A stretch of DNA of 64,000 bases from the human T2T-CHM13v2.0 reference genome, Homo sapiens (GCF_009914755.1 NC_060926.1); one strand, 5' to 3'; positions 30,941-48,930 are shown, counted from the first letter of the stretch. Program-made: numbers and translations. Notes: a model not told the origin generated them from the sequence alone.

Positions 30941-31315
30941 CTCACTTATATGTGGAATCTAAAAAAAGGCAAACTCATAGGACTAGAGAGTAGAACGGTA
31001 GTTACTAGGGGCTGGGGTGTGGGGAAAATGGGGGGATGTTAGTGAAATAATACAGAGTTTCAGTTAGGAGAAATAAATTTTTCGAGATCTATTGCATGAC
31101 ATGGTGACTATAATAATAATGTAATGTACATTTCAAAATTGGGTGAGAATATATTTTAAATGTCTATAATATAAAAAAAAGCATGTAAGATAATAAATAT
31201 GTTAATGAGCTTGATTTAATCATTTCATAATGTGTATATAGATCAACACATCATATTGTACCCCCAAAATATACATAATTATTCTTTGTCAATTTAACAT
31301 TTTAAAAAAGAAAGA
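30941..31315 (+). mobile_element. L1MA 3' end
   Basis: CTCACTTATATGTGGAATCTAAAA..GAGATCTATTGC..GCTTGATTTAATCATTTC..TTTGTCAATT plus A-rich tail. Confidence 0.9.
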
Positions 31316-31939
31316 AAGTTAAAGACTTGAACTCAGATTATTTATAGAGCTAATAACTGTGAACCTCTAAGACACAGAGCTTCGCAGAAGCTTACAATCA
31401 AGTTAGAGAGATAAGCTGCATTCCCATACAAAAAGAGTTAAAAATAGGAGTGACCTAACTATAGGAGATTGTGGATGTTAAGTGGGTAGCAAAGAAATTC
31501 TTGCTACAGATGTATCTCAGACAAGAACTCCATGCTAAGGTCACCACCTTTCATTATGGAGAAACAAAGAAGCCCCATGATCACCTAATGTCACTGCCAC
31601 CCAGGCACAGCTCCCTCACCAGCTCGCTGTTTTAGCTGGATGTTCTTCCCAAGGAAGCTACAAGCCCGAACCACTGTCTTACTCTAAGGAAGACTTACTG
31701 CAGAGAGAGAAGAACAGCCTTGGCCATCAGCAAGCCTCCCTCCTCTACCCACCACAACTTCCAGGGATTTCCAGCAAATTCTTCTGAAATCTGCCTTTGC
31801 CTTTCACCCACCACATTCCACAACCAGTCTCTGCCTTAGACAGTTGAACCCACTTCCCTGATGCCCCCCACATGTTATTTTTTCCCTACTCCAATATGAT
31901 TAATATAATAGTTTAGGTAATTCATTACCTCCTGAAAAG

Positions 31940-32191
31940 GAGGCACAGTAGGCACAAGGCTTAGGGTACATTATAATTTTAGGAGTCCACAAAAGTGTTT
32001 TTTCTTTTAAAATCAGAAAAAAAATAAATGTAATACAAATAAATATGTTAAATTGAATCAAGCCTGGATTACATCGTCATTATACCTACACAGTCATAAA
32101 ATAGAATTGTAATTCCTCCCTGCCACGCAGAAAAAGGAGCCCATGGAGACCCAAATGCCCAGGAGCCTACCGAAACCATAAAGCAGCCCTG
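31940..32191. mobile_element. Probable hAT-Tip100 (Arthur/MER69-like) MITE
   Basis: Ends ..CATAAAGCAGCCCTG (reverse of a CAGGGCTGC terminus) with AT-rich interior. Family recalled from memory only. Confidence 0.45.
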
Positions 32192-34319
32192 AGTGTAATC
32201 ATTCATGGCTTCCTTTCACCCCTCTCAAAACAGTCTTGGTTTTAATTATAAAATTATGTGCTGACCTTGCATCTGAGAAAGTTGAAGAGAGAAATGGGGA
32301 GATGTGGGGAGATAGAAATTCTCAAATCTAAAGTAAATTACAGGTAAATGTCTATTTCAGACCAATAGTTATGGCAAAACTTATGGCCACTTTTGAACAG
32401 TTTCTTTGAGTTCATTTAACTCTGAAGTGTCCCTTGCATTCTTAGAATTATTCTAAGAAAGTCCAGCTCACCATCCAGGACACCCGAAGGATAAATGAGA
32501 GAAGGGATAGGGAGATTGTGGCTCCATCCACCACCCAAAGCCCCCTACCCCAGGAACTCCACCACCATCTCTTTTTTTGTTGTTACATTTTGTTTTGTTT
32601 TATTCCTTGCTCTCTCTCACTTTCTCTCTGTCTCCCAGGCTGCCAAGTTTTGTTAGAGATACTTTTGAAAACATGCTGATTGGCTTTGCCACAAATTCGT
32701 GTTCTCTAACCCCTCACTGTGGCTCAGCAATCCTTCTTTTCATCTCTTGTTAACTCTGTTTACTACTTCTCTGATGGCTTGGCATAGAGTAGAATGAGAA
32801 ACAGTCTGTCTCTTGATCACTCAGCAAGTTTTGGTTGAAGACCTACAGCAACGCTCAGGACACCAGGTCCTGTCACAGTTTTGACCTCAAGTTGCTCACA
32901 GTGTAGTGAGAAATACAATTTGATTTACCAATTTTTAAATCCCTACTATGTGCCAAGTATGACAGTAACACTTAGGGATTGAAAAGAATTTGACATGACT
33001 CTGCTTCCCCTGAAAAATTCACTTTTCAAATATATGTAAATGCATAACCACAACCCAAAGGTTGCCTCCCTTTAATTAGAAGGTAGGTGGCTGACTATGT
33101 TAAGTTCACTTCAGGGAAGACTACTTTTGCTCTCTGCAAAAATTGGCCCCACCTCCACAATAGACTGCCCTTTACTCTTCATTTGGACCTCCTCCCATCT
33201 GCAGACATTTCAACAGTAAAACCATAGTGAATACAAAATTATTTTTAAATCATTAAAACCCTTGGCCCAAACAGCTAGCCAGAGCATACTGTTCCTTAGT
33301 TAGGAGCTGTCAAAGTCACTTAAAAACAAAGTTGAACAAAGTGTGAGACAAATATACAAGAAGAGCCAAAGGGGCAGGTCAAATATCACCAGGTAACCCA
33401 AATCCGCTGTGGTTTGGAGGGAGTATGCATCTGCAGACTCCCAGAGACCGCAATGCTGATTAGCTTTTTCATCTTACCCCAGGAAGGATGGACATTTTTC
33501 TTGTTACTGAGAGACACGAGGAACCCATTATTTCTTTGTAAAGACAAATATCCATTTCAGTAAGTAATTTAAAGCACACACTGTAGAGAACATGCGTGGA
33601 TATTTGGCATAGAGTGGGGAGTACTAATAAAATAACTTCTCTTTAGCGGGTCTTTTCTAGACTAAAAGGCAGAATTAATGGTGTCTCTTTTCTGGTATTT
33701 ACCATATTATAGATGCTTATAGTTGATCAACTGTTAGAAATAAAGCAGTCTTATGCACATAAAATAAGGGAAGGAGGACAAGAGAAATCCATCACCATTT
33801 TCTGTCCTTACTTAGAATGTCATCAGTGTTTGGTGCTCTTGATGTCAGCCTGGCTAATGACTGTCTTTCATTATTAGATATGTGTATACCTGAAAGGGCC
33901 TAGGATTGTCTCAATCATACATATTTGACTTTGACACTAGTTGCTCCTTTAGAATTTGAGTATCCTAGAAAATAATGCATTTACATTTTAAAATGAACAG
34001 TATTTCATGACATGTTCGTGAGTCTAAGAGAAAACTGGGGATTTATGGTATTATGGAGTGCTAAGATTCATTTCCCTGTAGAAATCATATATTTTGCCAC
34101 CAGCCCTCATCTGGGCATCATGCTGGGCAGAGGCAAGATACATTTAGTATTCAACTAAACAGTTAGTACAAGGGGCTGGCTGCTGTGAGGGAGAAGTCCT
34201 ATTTTTCCCTATCGCTACCCTCACAGAGCTTATTATTATTTTTAGATAATAGATAAATAAGAAAAAAGGCCAAAGACAGGATTTAATTAGGGCAAATAGT
34301 AGAAAAATTCAGAGCGCTG

Positions 34320-34405
34320 TATTTCAGGGCACAAATGAAGTCCCTAGCACTATGCCTGGTTCCTATTAGGTGCTCAACAAATATTTGTTAAATGAATAAC
34401 TAAAT
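34320..34405 (+). mobile_element. L2 3' terminus
   Basis: CCTAGCACTATGCCTGG..TAGGTGCTCAACAAATATTTGTTAAATGAAT. Confidence 0.75.
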
Positions 34406-35489
34406 ATTTTCTGTACATGAGAAGATGATGACTCTCAGCTATCATATTTTGGATCTCCATTGGCAAGTATAAGGTTTCAAAATTCTCAACCACTTTTCTT
34501 CATGGAAAATTGGCTTCATATTACATGCATAATTTTACAAACAAGTGTAAGAATTATCAAGTTGCTGACCATTATGTGCAATAAAGTTTTTGAGATAAAG
34601 AGGGCTCTCTCATGCATTAGGGGAGGAGACTTTTTGATGAAGGCTTTTAAATGGATTTTCGTATGTCACTGCTCTGCAGAACCCCGCACCCCACTCCTAT
34701 TTACATTTTTGGTGTTCTTCAGAAACTCTTCATACGAGCTCTCTAATCACCAAAAATCATTTTCCAAAATTTCCTTTTCTCTCATTCCTTCCTATTATAA
34801 TGCATCATCTTCTGGATCAAGTTAAACAATTTCTCTCCTTCCTTTGCTTTTCTTCCTTTGAAATGTTTGCAGACAGTAATTATTTCCCATCTTGGCAGTA
34901 GCTTCAATGAATTGTCCATTTTTCTTTAATCCACCCAAATAACTGGATTCTTCTATGGGCTTAATCATCTTGCTTCTCTTGCATGGAGTTCTTCTCATTG
35001 CTGTTCTGTTCACTTGTTCTGAAAGGAGATCCCTCAAACTGAACCCTGCATGCTGGTGGGATTTTTAAGGAGCAGGCGTTTTCTTGGTATTCTCTTGAGG
35101 CAATTTTATTGCTATGTGGCTTTTTACGGTATTACCAACAATTTGTATTTTCTCCAAACCTGTGCCTAAAGCTTTGCAAAGCTTTATTTGCAGTTATGGG
35201 TCTTCATTTAATTAAATATTCTGAAGTGTGACGGGGGAGAGGGGAGAAAGAGAGGGAGAGGTTGTACGTATGTATGTATGTATATGTGTATAAGATATAA
35301 AACAGAAGAAGTGCCAAACACATCTATATCTTTTAATTAAAATAGTTTCATTTGACCCAATCCATTAGTGTTTATAACTCTCCAACTTTACCTTACAATT
35401 TTAAGAACTGTTATTCACTCAGTAGTTTACAAAGTATTGTTTGATAGATACAAACATAATTATCCAAATAGATACAGATATAGAATTTT

Positions 35490-35640
35490 AATCCTGAGAG
35501 ACAGCATTATCCCCATTTTACAGATGGTAAAACCAACCACCAGAAGATTCCAATATCTGGGGAGGGCAGATCTGGGACTCAGCCTTAGGTGCACAGCCTC
35601 CTAATCCAAAGCCATTTCTCTTCTAAAACAGCTGCCTCCT
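35490..35640 (-). mobile_element. MIR
   Basis: ATTATCCCCATTTTACAGATG core. Confidence 0.7.
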
Positions 35641-37369
35641 CCATCACAGCTGTTGTTTAGAGAAGCCAATTCCAGTTTCAGATAGTGAATATATAATAAA
35701 AAACTATGGCAAACTTTATTCTCAGCATCAAATACTTATTGTACACTTTGTTTTATTTATCTGATTGTTTTGCAACTGTCAAAGGGAGGGAAAAAGAAAC
35801 TAGGAATGTGGAATGCAGCTCATGTTTTTCTTTGTAGAGACCCCTGCTAACACTGATGTCAGAAGCTAAGGACAAGAGCACTGTTCTGAGTTTTCTTTGG
35901 TGTAGTGAGAGAGACTAAACATTGCTATGCTCTGGTGATAATAGAACAGAACACATGACATGAAGAATGCAGTGATAGTTACTGGGCTTAGAGCCCCCAA
36001 ACCATGAACAGGTTGTCTTCCAAATGTTCTCCTGAAGGAAGTTACTTAGAATAGTGGACCCAGGTTTTCATGTGGCAGAGAGGCTTTGTGTAATGAGGTT
36101 AAGAGTTTATGCCCATTGAAAAAGTGTGACTGTAGATACCTGGTGTGCAGTACCAGGTACCCTGATGTCTCTATAGTTAAAATAAAATGTGTTCTGGGAT
36201 GTCTAGGACACAAATCAAAACACTAGTCTCCAACCACTGCAGTGAATCAGGACAGCATTCAAGTGGAATCCTGTGTTCTGGGGAAGGGGTTCCAGAGGGA
36301 TGGGGATTGCAAGAGCCAAGAGGGCATCCTACAGAGAGGAGAAACCATGCAGTTGACATTAAAAGTTATCGTGAGAGCCTGAGACTTCCACCAGGTGAGC
36401 CCTAGGGAGAAGTTCCTACTTTCTTCACACTTGCTAGCCCTGGGGGCTGAGCCACCATCTCTCCTTTCTGCAATCATGACTTGTTGCTTCATATTTCCCT
36501 TTGACCAGAAACATTGTGGGACAGAAGAGAGGCCCAGGGCTTCCTCTTCATGCTCCATTCCTGAAGCCAGCACACTGCAATGCTAAGGTTGACTGAGTTT
36601 ATACCTTTTCCTGTCCTCTGGCATAAAGATCACACCAGGAAAAAACGGATTCTTTGCCATGCCCTCCATCCCCGGGCTCTATGGGTATCATTCTGTCATT
36701 TCACAATTATTTAATCCATAAATTTGCAATACATACGAGGACAAAATATCAGTGGCTTAGATTGTGTCTTTTAAGTTATTCTAATAAATATTCTAATCCC
36801 TAAGGTTACATATTTATATCTAGATTTCCAGTGTAAATTTTCACAATATTTCCCACGTAGTTGCCACAATGAGGGATTCTACAGTAGGACTGCCATGTTC
36901 ACAAGTTTATGCCCTTTCTTTATTGTTACAATAAAAGTAATAATACCTATCTCAAAGCATTGTTGAGAGGATGAATGAATTGGTCTTTGCAATGGACTTA
37001 TCCTAGTGATTACCATAGAGTAACTTGGTAAACACTTGGTGTTTTTTTTCTCGTTGCTATCATTGTTTTCTTTGTTTTCTTGTTATGTTTCAGAGCACAT
37101 GGTTTCTGGCTTTCCTATGGAGTTTTATCAAAGGCGTTGGGAAGACCTCTTTGTTTTGATAGAGGACCTCTGAGATTGGATGCTGTGAGGAGATGGGCTA
37201 ATACCTGTGGATTTATAACCTCCACGCTTTTCCATTAGAAGATGTGAGCATGGGAAAAAGGATTGGTCCTTCTTCTTTTCTCTCACTATTGCAGTGATTG
37301 GTTTGCCCAAGCCCAACCCCATAATGAATGAGAAGTGAGGACTGCCAAGAAACCAGTGAAGAGGAAAGG

Positions 37370-37605
37370 AGGCAGCAGAGGGTAGTGGTGATAAAATATA
37401 TTCTGGGCCAGTTGTCTGGGTTTGAACTCCACATCCACCCATTAATTTATGTATGACCTTGAGCAATTTACAGACATTTTCAGTGCCTCAGTCTCCCTAC
37501 TTGAACAAAGAAGATAATGACCCTATTTACTCATAAGGTTGTCATGAGAGTTAAATGAAGTAGTGTATATAAATGAGTAGAACAATGCCTTTGACAGTAG
37601 TTAAA
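37370..37605 (+). mobile_element. MIR
   Basis: CTGGGTTTGAAC..TGACCTTGAGCAA..GTGCCTCAGT..GGTTGTCATGAGAGTTAAATGA..AGAACAATGCCT. Confidence 0.8.
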
Positions 37606-38529
37606 CTAGGTTGTAAAAAAGGAGGGAAGTGTATTCCACATGGAGTTAATAATAACAAGCAGCCCCCTCCAGTGGCTTTTCTTGAATCCCATTTGTATCC
37701 AAAATGTGTTTATATGTCAACTGTTTTTATTAACCGCAGATTTTTAAAAAATAATGATCCAACTATCTTGTCATTTTTTGCATGTGTTTGCATTTTTTCT
37801 AACATGTTTTCTCGTTGTCATCCTAAAGTTATTATCAACTTTAGAAAAACTAAAACCAGATAAAAAAATTTCAGCTGTCCCTTGCATGAATATGTTCTTA
37901 GTCTGAATTTGTATCCAGATTTTCCCCCTTCAGGGTCTAGAATGATAAGTGAGAGGCAGTCAAATTCATGCCTGTCTCTGCAAGAGGCATGACTCTGCCA
38001 CATTTCTTATACAATTCCTGTTCTGCAACAGTGATGACCCCTTCTTCAATCAATCCCTTTATATAAGACTATGCAATTGCTCCCTAAAATGGGCTGAGAA
38101 ACCAGAGCATAAGCACATGGCAGACTAAATGAGGCATCTACCTTTCAGTATTTGTTATTTAGCCTCTCTGAGCTTGAGTTTTCTCCTCTGAAAAAGGGGC
38201 ATAATACTACCTACCATTTTGTGCACCATTTATAGTTATTGATAATCATGTATTATTACTACAATGTTTAATCTTACAGTAATAGTTGTGTTTTCTTTCT
38301 TTCTTGAATTCATCAAAATCTGCATTTACTCATGCAAATCTGTAGGCAAATTCCATATTTCACATATGGTGAGACATAAAAGGGTTGAGAACAGTTAGGA
38401 ATGGAAAGACTGTAGTCCCTCGAGAATTCCTCCATTGATCTTACTTTCCTCACCTGAACTCCTGATATGTCCAGAGAGGGAGAGAGTTCATATTTGAGTT
38501 CCCTGATGAGTGTGCCACTCTTCTTTACT

Positions 38530-38817
38530 GTTGTCACAGCATTTGTAAACTATCATGGTGCTGGTGAGAGTGCAGCAATGAGGATGACCAAAGGTCACTC
38601 TTGTTACCACCTTGGTTTTGGTGGTTTTTAGCCAGCGTTTTTATTGCAAACTGTTTTATCAGCAAGGGCTTTATGACCTGTATCTTGTGCCAACCTCCTA
38701 TTTCATCCTGTGACTTAGAATGCTTAACTGTCTAGGAATGCAGCCCAGTAGGTTTCAGCCTCATTTAACCCAGCTCCTATCCAAGATGGAGTTGCTCTGG
38801 TTCAAATGCCCCTGACA
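38530..38817 (-). mobile_element. MER41A-like ERV1 LTR, 5' part only
   Basis: Reverse complement reads TGTCAGGGGCATTTGAACCAGAGCAACTCCATCTTG..CTGGGCTGCATTCC..GTCACAGGATGA..GCTGATAAAACAG..GTTTACAAATG, matching the remembered MER41 5' consensus. Confidence 0.88.
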
Positions 38818-39178
38818 TAACCAATGCCCATCTCAGTCATAATACAATTATTATACTTTACATAGTAAAATAAAGATCACAAAAGAAAATCACTCATAGA
38901 ATATGAAAGGCTCAACATTACAAACTTATTCAATTATTACCTCTTGGTATTGAATGTGTTAATTTGCTATGTCTACTTACCTATCAGGGTCTGTAGCAGC
39001 ATTATGAAAAGTCAATGCAATCCACAATAACATATTTTCTGTCTTTAATTTTATGTTTTCAGATTGGTTATAATTTTAAAATATGAAAGGACAGAACATA
39101 TTCTGAATCATCCAGGATCGCATCTTATAACCTAGTACTGCCACAAGATTTAACTGTTCAGGTTTATATGTGAATTTA

Positions 39179-39501
39179 TTTATTTATTTATTTTCATTTT
39201 TATTTATTTTTATTTTTTGAGAGACAGTCTCACTCTGTCTCCCAGGCTGGAGTGCAGTGGCACGAACTCAGCTCACCGCAACCTCTGCCTCCCAGGTTCA
39301 AACAATTCTCCCTGCCTCAGCCTCCCTAGTAGCTGGGATTACAGGCACACACCACCATGCCCAGTTAATTTTTGTACTTTTAGTATAGATGGGGTTTCGC
39401 CATGTTGGCCAGGCTGGCCTCAAACTCCTGACCTCATGTGATCCGCCTGCCTCGGCCTCCCGAAATACTGGGATTATAGGCATGATCCACTGCATCCCGC
39501 T
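39179..39501 (-). mobile_element. AluSx/Sz
   Basis: (TTTA)n tail and full dimer. TSD TA(T/C)ATGTGAATTTA at 39165-39178 and 39502-39515. Confidence 0.92.
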
Positions 39502-39559
39502 TACATGTGAATTTAGTCATGTTGGTACCAAATGATCACATCCCAGTCAGAGCATGTTT

Positions 39560-40550
39560 GGCTGGCGTTAGGTGATCATGTCCTGATGTTAATGAGACAG
39601 GCGTCATCATGTGTCTGTTATTGTACTCTTGTTGGATTCTTTTGCTAATTATAAAGACAAAACTTCTCTTTTACAGTGATCAACTACAATTGAAAGGTAT
39701 TTTCACAGACTAGGATTTTAGCTTCATACTTCATTTAATAAATTTAGAATGTTTTTATATCATGGAAATGAAAATGTGGTAGAATAATGTTCTACATTAA
39801 TTGTCACAGGCTAATGAGAAAAGAACAGAAGCTGACCTAATATATAAATGAAATTTTGTACCAAATGAACAGTAAATGACATCAGAGCAAATGGTACAAA
39901 CTTACAAAGATTTTATAATTGTTCAAATAGAGAATTCTGGTTGAATAATTAAATGATCACAAGGTACGTAATAGTATGAGCATATGAGATTCAAAAAAAT
40001 CCATGCATAGTGGTAGATACTATTCATGTTCTCATGAGTATTCTGTGTAGATGTATCTTTATACAGTACGACCTGCAGCAGTTCATAAGGACTAATCAGT
40101 AATAAATAATAAAGAATTTTCTATTAAATTATATTTTAAAAATATTTATTGGTGTTAATTTTTGGGTGGATTGCAACAAGAATTGGCCTATTACACAATG
40201 GATTGTTGTTCAAATTTTTTTTTAAATGGCTGCAGTGACGGTTATGATGTAAAGGAATGGTCCATCCAACAGGCCTAACATTGTAAGTATACAAGTTAAC
40301 AAAAAATAAAACAAATGCCTATAAGTATTCTTTAATAATTAAACCCACATAGATTTAGTTCAGCAAAATAACATATCATCTGTCACATTGAAATATTTTG
40401 AATAATTTTAACTACATATTTTTATTTGTATTGATGTGAAGCTCTGTTTGATTTTTTACAATTGTAAGCATGTTTGCATATACTTTGTTATAATAAAAAA
40501 TAATTTAAGACAACAATGAGAGCATATGAAAATGTTTGGTTATACAAAAG
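39560..40550 (+). mobile_element. Possible decayed hAT-Charlie transposon 3' portion
   Basis: CAGCAAAATAACATATCATCTGTCACATTGA could encode ..HLSH*, resembling Charlie transposase C-termini, followed by AT-rich subterminal-like sequence. Weak. Confidence 0.35.
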
Positions 40551-40843
40551 TTTCCTTCACTTTATTTCTATATAAATTTTAAATAGATAAAGATTTTAAT
40601 AGTAAAATTTACCATTGCTGAAATGCCTACTATACATATATCATTAATTACTATTCTCACTTTAAAAATTGAAAAATACATTCCAAGAGAAAAAATGATT
40701 TGTCCAAAGTCATATAATTACTAAGTTGCAGAACAAAGATTTGAAGTAAGATACTCATAGTTTTAATTTCTATTTAAAAATGAACAAAACAGAAATAACA
40801 AAAATAGCAAGTTTGGGAAAAGTTGACCTGTAGCCCTTATTCT

Positions 40844-40937
40844 CTTTTTATTTTTTATTTTTTTGAGACAGACTCGCTCTGTCACACAGGTTGAAATGCA
40901 GTGGCACAATCATGGCTCACTGCAGCTTTGACCTTCA
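40844..40937 (-). mobile_element. 5'-truncated AluJ (~95 bp)
   Basis: T-tail plus GAGACAGACTCGCTCTGTCAC..ATCATGGCTCACTGCAGC. TSD GT(A/G)GCCCTTATTCT at 40830-40843 and 40938-40951. Confidence 0.85.
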
Positions 40938-41118
40938 GTGGCCCTTATTCTTTAACAGTAATTCTACAGTACAGCCAGGAATCTAATGAAGTTACTGTTA
41001 ATTATGATGACAACTGGTCACTTGCATAAGAATAAAAAGCATTCTACACTAGCTCAGAAGTGCTCATCAAAAATAGAAAATCTTTTAGCAACTGCGCCAT
41101 AAATATCACGTCCCCCCT

Positions 41119-45380
<4,262 letters not shown>

Positions 45381-45409
45381 AAGTCAATTTTATAGGGAAA
45401 ACAATTGTT

Positions 45410-45515
45410 TTTCTTATTCTCCTCACTCTTACTCTTTTTCCCCTTTTTTCTCTTCTTCCTCCTCCTTTCTCCTTCTCCTCTTCCTCTTCTCCTTATATTT
45501 TTTATCCCCTTTTCC
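45410..45515. repeat. CT-rich low-complexity tract
   Basis: About 100 bp of nearly pure pyrimidine sequence. Confidence 0.85.
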
Positions 45516-48500
45516 CATTTCACATGTCTCCTGATATCCTTGTCTACCTCCAGAGACATTTCTCCTGTGTTGATCTTGTAAGTAGGAAACTTAGCCTTAG
45601 TAGATGGACTTAGAATGAAAACAGCTCCATTGCCTGGGAGAAGAATTTCATTTATATTGCATGTGGAATACAACAGTCTAAAACCCAAAAATCCAAAATT
45701 GTTTAACACTAAATCACAGTGTTTGCTGGAGGGAATAAATATATCAGAAAGGCATAAGACCTTTTCAAATAAAAACAAATCAAATATTTATTGAGTATCT
45801 ACCATATGCGAGGGCTAGAGTAGTATGTAGAGAATGAAAAGAAGTATGGGCAGGCCTTGTCTTCAGATTGGGTGTGCAGAATTTTAAATTTTAATGCAAA
45901 CTAAATAATGGCTCAAGGAAATTATAGAAAAAGTTAAAAGTAATTTAAGATTAATTTATACATAAACAGTGAAGACAAATGCAAAGTTAAGAGAAGACAG
46001 AATCTTAATTGTATCTGGAAATTTTACAAGGATTTGCATACTTTGGAAAGTAAAAATACAGTGGGATTATCATTGAAGTGACAAATTATTGTGATCAATT
46101 CTCTGTTTATTAAACAAATCAATAACAAAATGATTTAAGAAAATCCCAAAGCACTAATGAAGATATTCATCTGGAGAAACTGTATATCCTTAACAAGAGT
46201 AGCAGGAATAATAGCAGTGGTAATTGTAGTTAACAGTAGTAGTTATGCTGGTAGTTAACACCTGGAGAAAACCTGCTGCGTCTACTACCAAGAACTGTAT
46301 GTGATGCTCCAGACTCACCATGAATCTGAAATATTCAACGTGGCAGGTCATGAGTAATTATAAATTGTTTATTTTTTCCTTAATTGCTGGATTCCATGTT
46401 TTACATTTAAATCTGTCCTAACTTAAATATTAGAATCGTCAGAGATATGAATTGTATAGGAAGAGAAGGTATTTGGGGATAAGGCAAAATGAAAAAGGGT
46501 TTTTTTTTTGTTTTATTTTCACACACATGTTTCCAGTTTTGCTGCTTCGTTTTGGAAAGAGGTAATTCCATGTCAAAATCAGGCCAAGTGAAAAATGCAC
46601 ACACAGTCATCTTCATTTTCATTATCTGGAGTAGTTCAAAAGGCTCAAAAAATGGAACTATTCTCAAAGAAAGGAATGCATGTTCAGGTAATTACAAATA
46701 ACAGACGCATCTGGTTATCTTAATTGTTTGGGAATGTCTCAATTAGCTGAGAATGTTTTCATGATGAGTTGGAGACAGTGAAAATTTTTCACAGCAGATT
46801 GGATTCACTGGTGAGAGGAAATATAGGCAGCTTACCCTGAAGTCTATTTATGACTACAGAATCCATTCAAAGATCCAGATCTTTTGAGTTTCATTTGCCT
46901 GTAAAGGGAATATAAATGTCATTTTTGTTTTTGTTTGTCTAATCTCTTCAGCCTCATTGTTGGCCTGAGGAGCAGGCAGGACTGTTAATGCTGTGGGGAC
47001 CCAGGCTGAGTCAAGTACATCCAGCCTCTCATTCTTCATCTAGACCATAGTTCTATTTCTTTACAGAAGTTGCATTCTCATTGAAATTTAAGTTTCAGGC
47101 TTCCATAGTAATTTGGGATTGCTCCTTTAGAAGCATAGAATGATCCAAAACTACAGGCACATTCTCAATTTGAATTAGAGCGGGTGGATTTTAGATACAT
47201 TGAAGAACTTCATACTGGCATACTTTAGTCAGTTACTCAGCGACGTCATTTGCCCAAGACCTGCCATGATAGGATTGCCACCATACTACCCTATCATGTC
47301 TCAAGTAGGACAAATTCAATCCAGATTTTTCCCTTTTCTGAGCTTTACTTGTTTTTTAAAGAAACAGATTTGTCAACTGCAAGAAAGTACATATGCAATT
47401 ACTATGATATCAACAAATCAACATTTCATCCTCCCAAACCTCTGCTGTGGGTGAAAAGCCCCTCTAGTCAATTCCCTTGCTCTTGGTTTATTAATACAGA
47501 TTAAAAGAGAGGGACTCATCTATTGCGGGGTCAATTTTCAATGAAATTGTTTAGAAATGCTTCAAGACTGAGTTTTCTAATCTTGACAAATACTCTCTAA
47601 AGCCAGAGGAAGCGTTTCATAGTTTCTAGTGAAGAGGTTATGAACTATTAGACATCATTAATTCTTTGCTTAATAGCCACCTTTGCATATAAAATATGGG
47701 CTGGGTTAATCCTATAGATAGAAGGAATGCATACCCAGGGTTAATCTAGCTAGCAAGTGGATGCCTCATTGCCACCAAACAAATTCAGATCAACATTATT
47801 TATCTGGAAGCCCTTGAAATAGAACACAGCCTCCTCCTCCAAATCTTTCTTACCCATAGGGACCAGGAGGGGAAACCCAATGTTCTCTGGCAATTAACTA
47901 CTCCTGAAAAGTGAGTCAGCCTCTTAATTTTTCCATGCAGTCTCACATATATGCAGCAAAACGCTTAGAGAGTATTGAAGAGAGGGGTACAAATGAAAGG
48001 GTGGGCATCAAAATAGGGAGATGTTAGGGAAATAGATGCTTCACTTCCACTCTCATGGGGTAATACATAAGACCATGGTACCTCAACTATCTTTCAACTT
48101 CTAGCCTGTAGATTCTCCTTTTCAGAGGTAGAAACTACTCCTTGCTGTTTAACAGAGATTTACAAAGTTACAAGAGGCCCTAGTTAATTTGACATTTAGT
48201 CAATAGTAGTTTATTTTTAATTCTGGGTCCTTAGAGCAGAAAATATCAGTATAATTTGTCCTGAGTTAATACATAAAGAAATTGATCCCAAGAGCTCAGA
48301 TCTTAGGGCTTCCCTCCTACCATACATTTTCTCACTGGATCCTTGCTTTTCCACCATGCAGATGTTGGACAACTAATTGTTGGGTTACATACAAACCCTT
48401 CATGTTTCGGAAGATAGCAAATGATCTCTTTACTTACATAGGCTGAAAAGCTTTTTATTCACAAATGAAATAGTAAGTGGTCATAATATAGACATATAAA

Positions 48501-48589
48501 ATCTGTCCTTAAAGAGCATCTTCTCACCCCTTATTCCATACCTTTTCACCTAGAAGCACTCTGGTCTGGGGACCCCCCACTTTAATAAA

Positions 48590-48930
48590 CACCACTATCC
48601 TGCAAGGTTTCCAATTTTCACCTTCCCCAAATCTACAAGAATAAGAATCCATTTCAGAAAATCATCTGCCATGGCTCTTCAATACCAATTCATCCTTCAG
48701 GGTTCACTTAAGTCTGCCCCCCACCAACTTCTCTGAAGTCTTTTATCACTGTCCCAGATCCTAAAGACTTTATATCTCACAGAAGTTATAGTATTTAGTT
48801 GACAGTGGGTCATTTGAACATTCCGTTAAACCCATTGCTGCTTGTATTGCTGTGTATCTAATGAGACACATAACCTTTTTAAGGACAGTAATGTGCTTTG
48901 TGTATTTAGGACTATGCTTGGCCGACACTG
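48590..48930 (+). mobile_element. L2 relic
   Basis: ATTCATCCTTCAGGGTTCACTTAAG..CTTCTCTGAAG..TTTAAGGACAG L2-like pattern. Confidence 0.4.

Noticed and set aside
33419-33442. Small hairpin GGGAGT-A-TGCA-TC-TGCA-G-ACTCCC
   Set aside because: Short and expected by chance in 64 kb.
34822-35037. 71-aa minus-strand ORF in unique sequence
   Set aside because: Non-ATG start, no recognisable family, no clear splice sites.
37060-37093. Plus-strand pyrimidine tract plus CAG acceptor-like site
   Set aside because: T-rich tail of an adjacent MIR relic; no convincing downstream donor identified.
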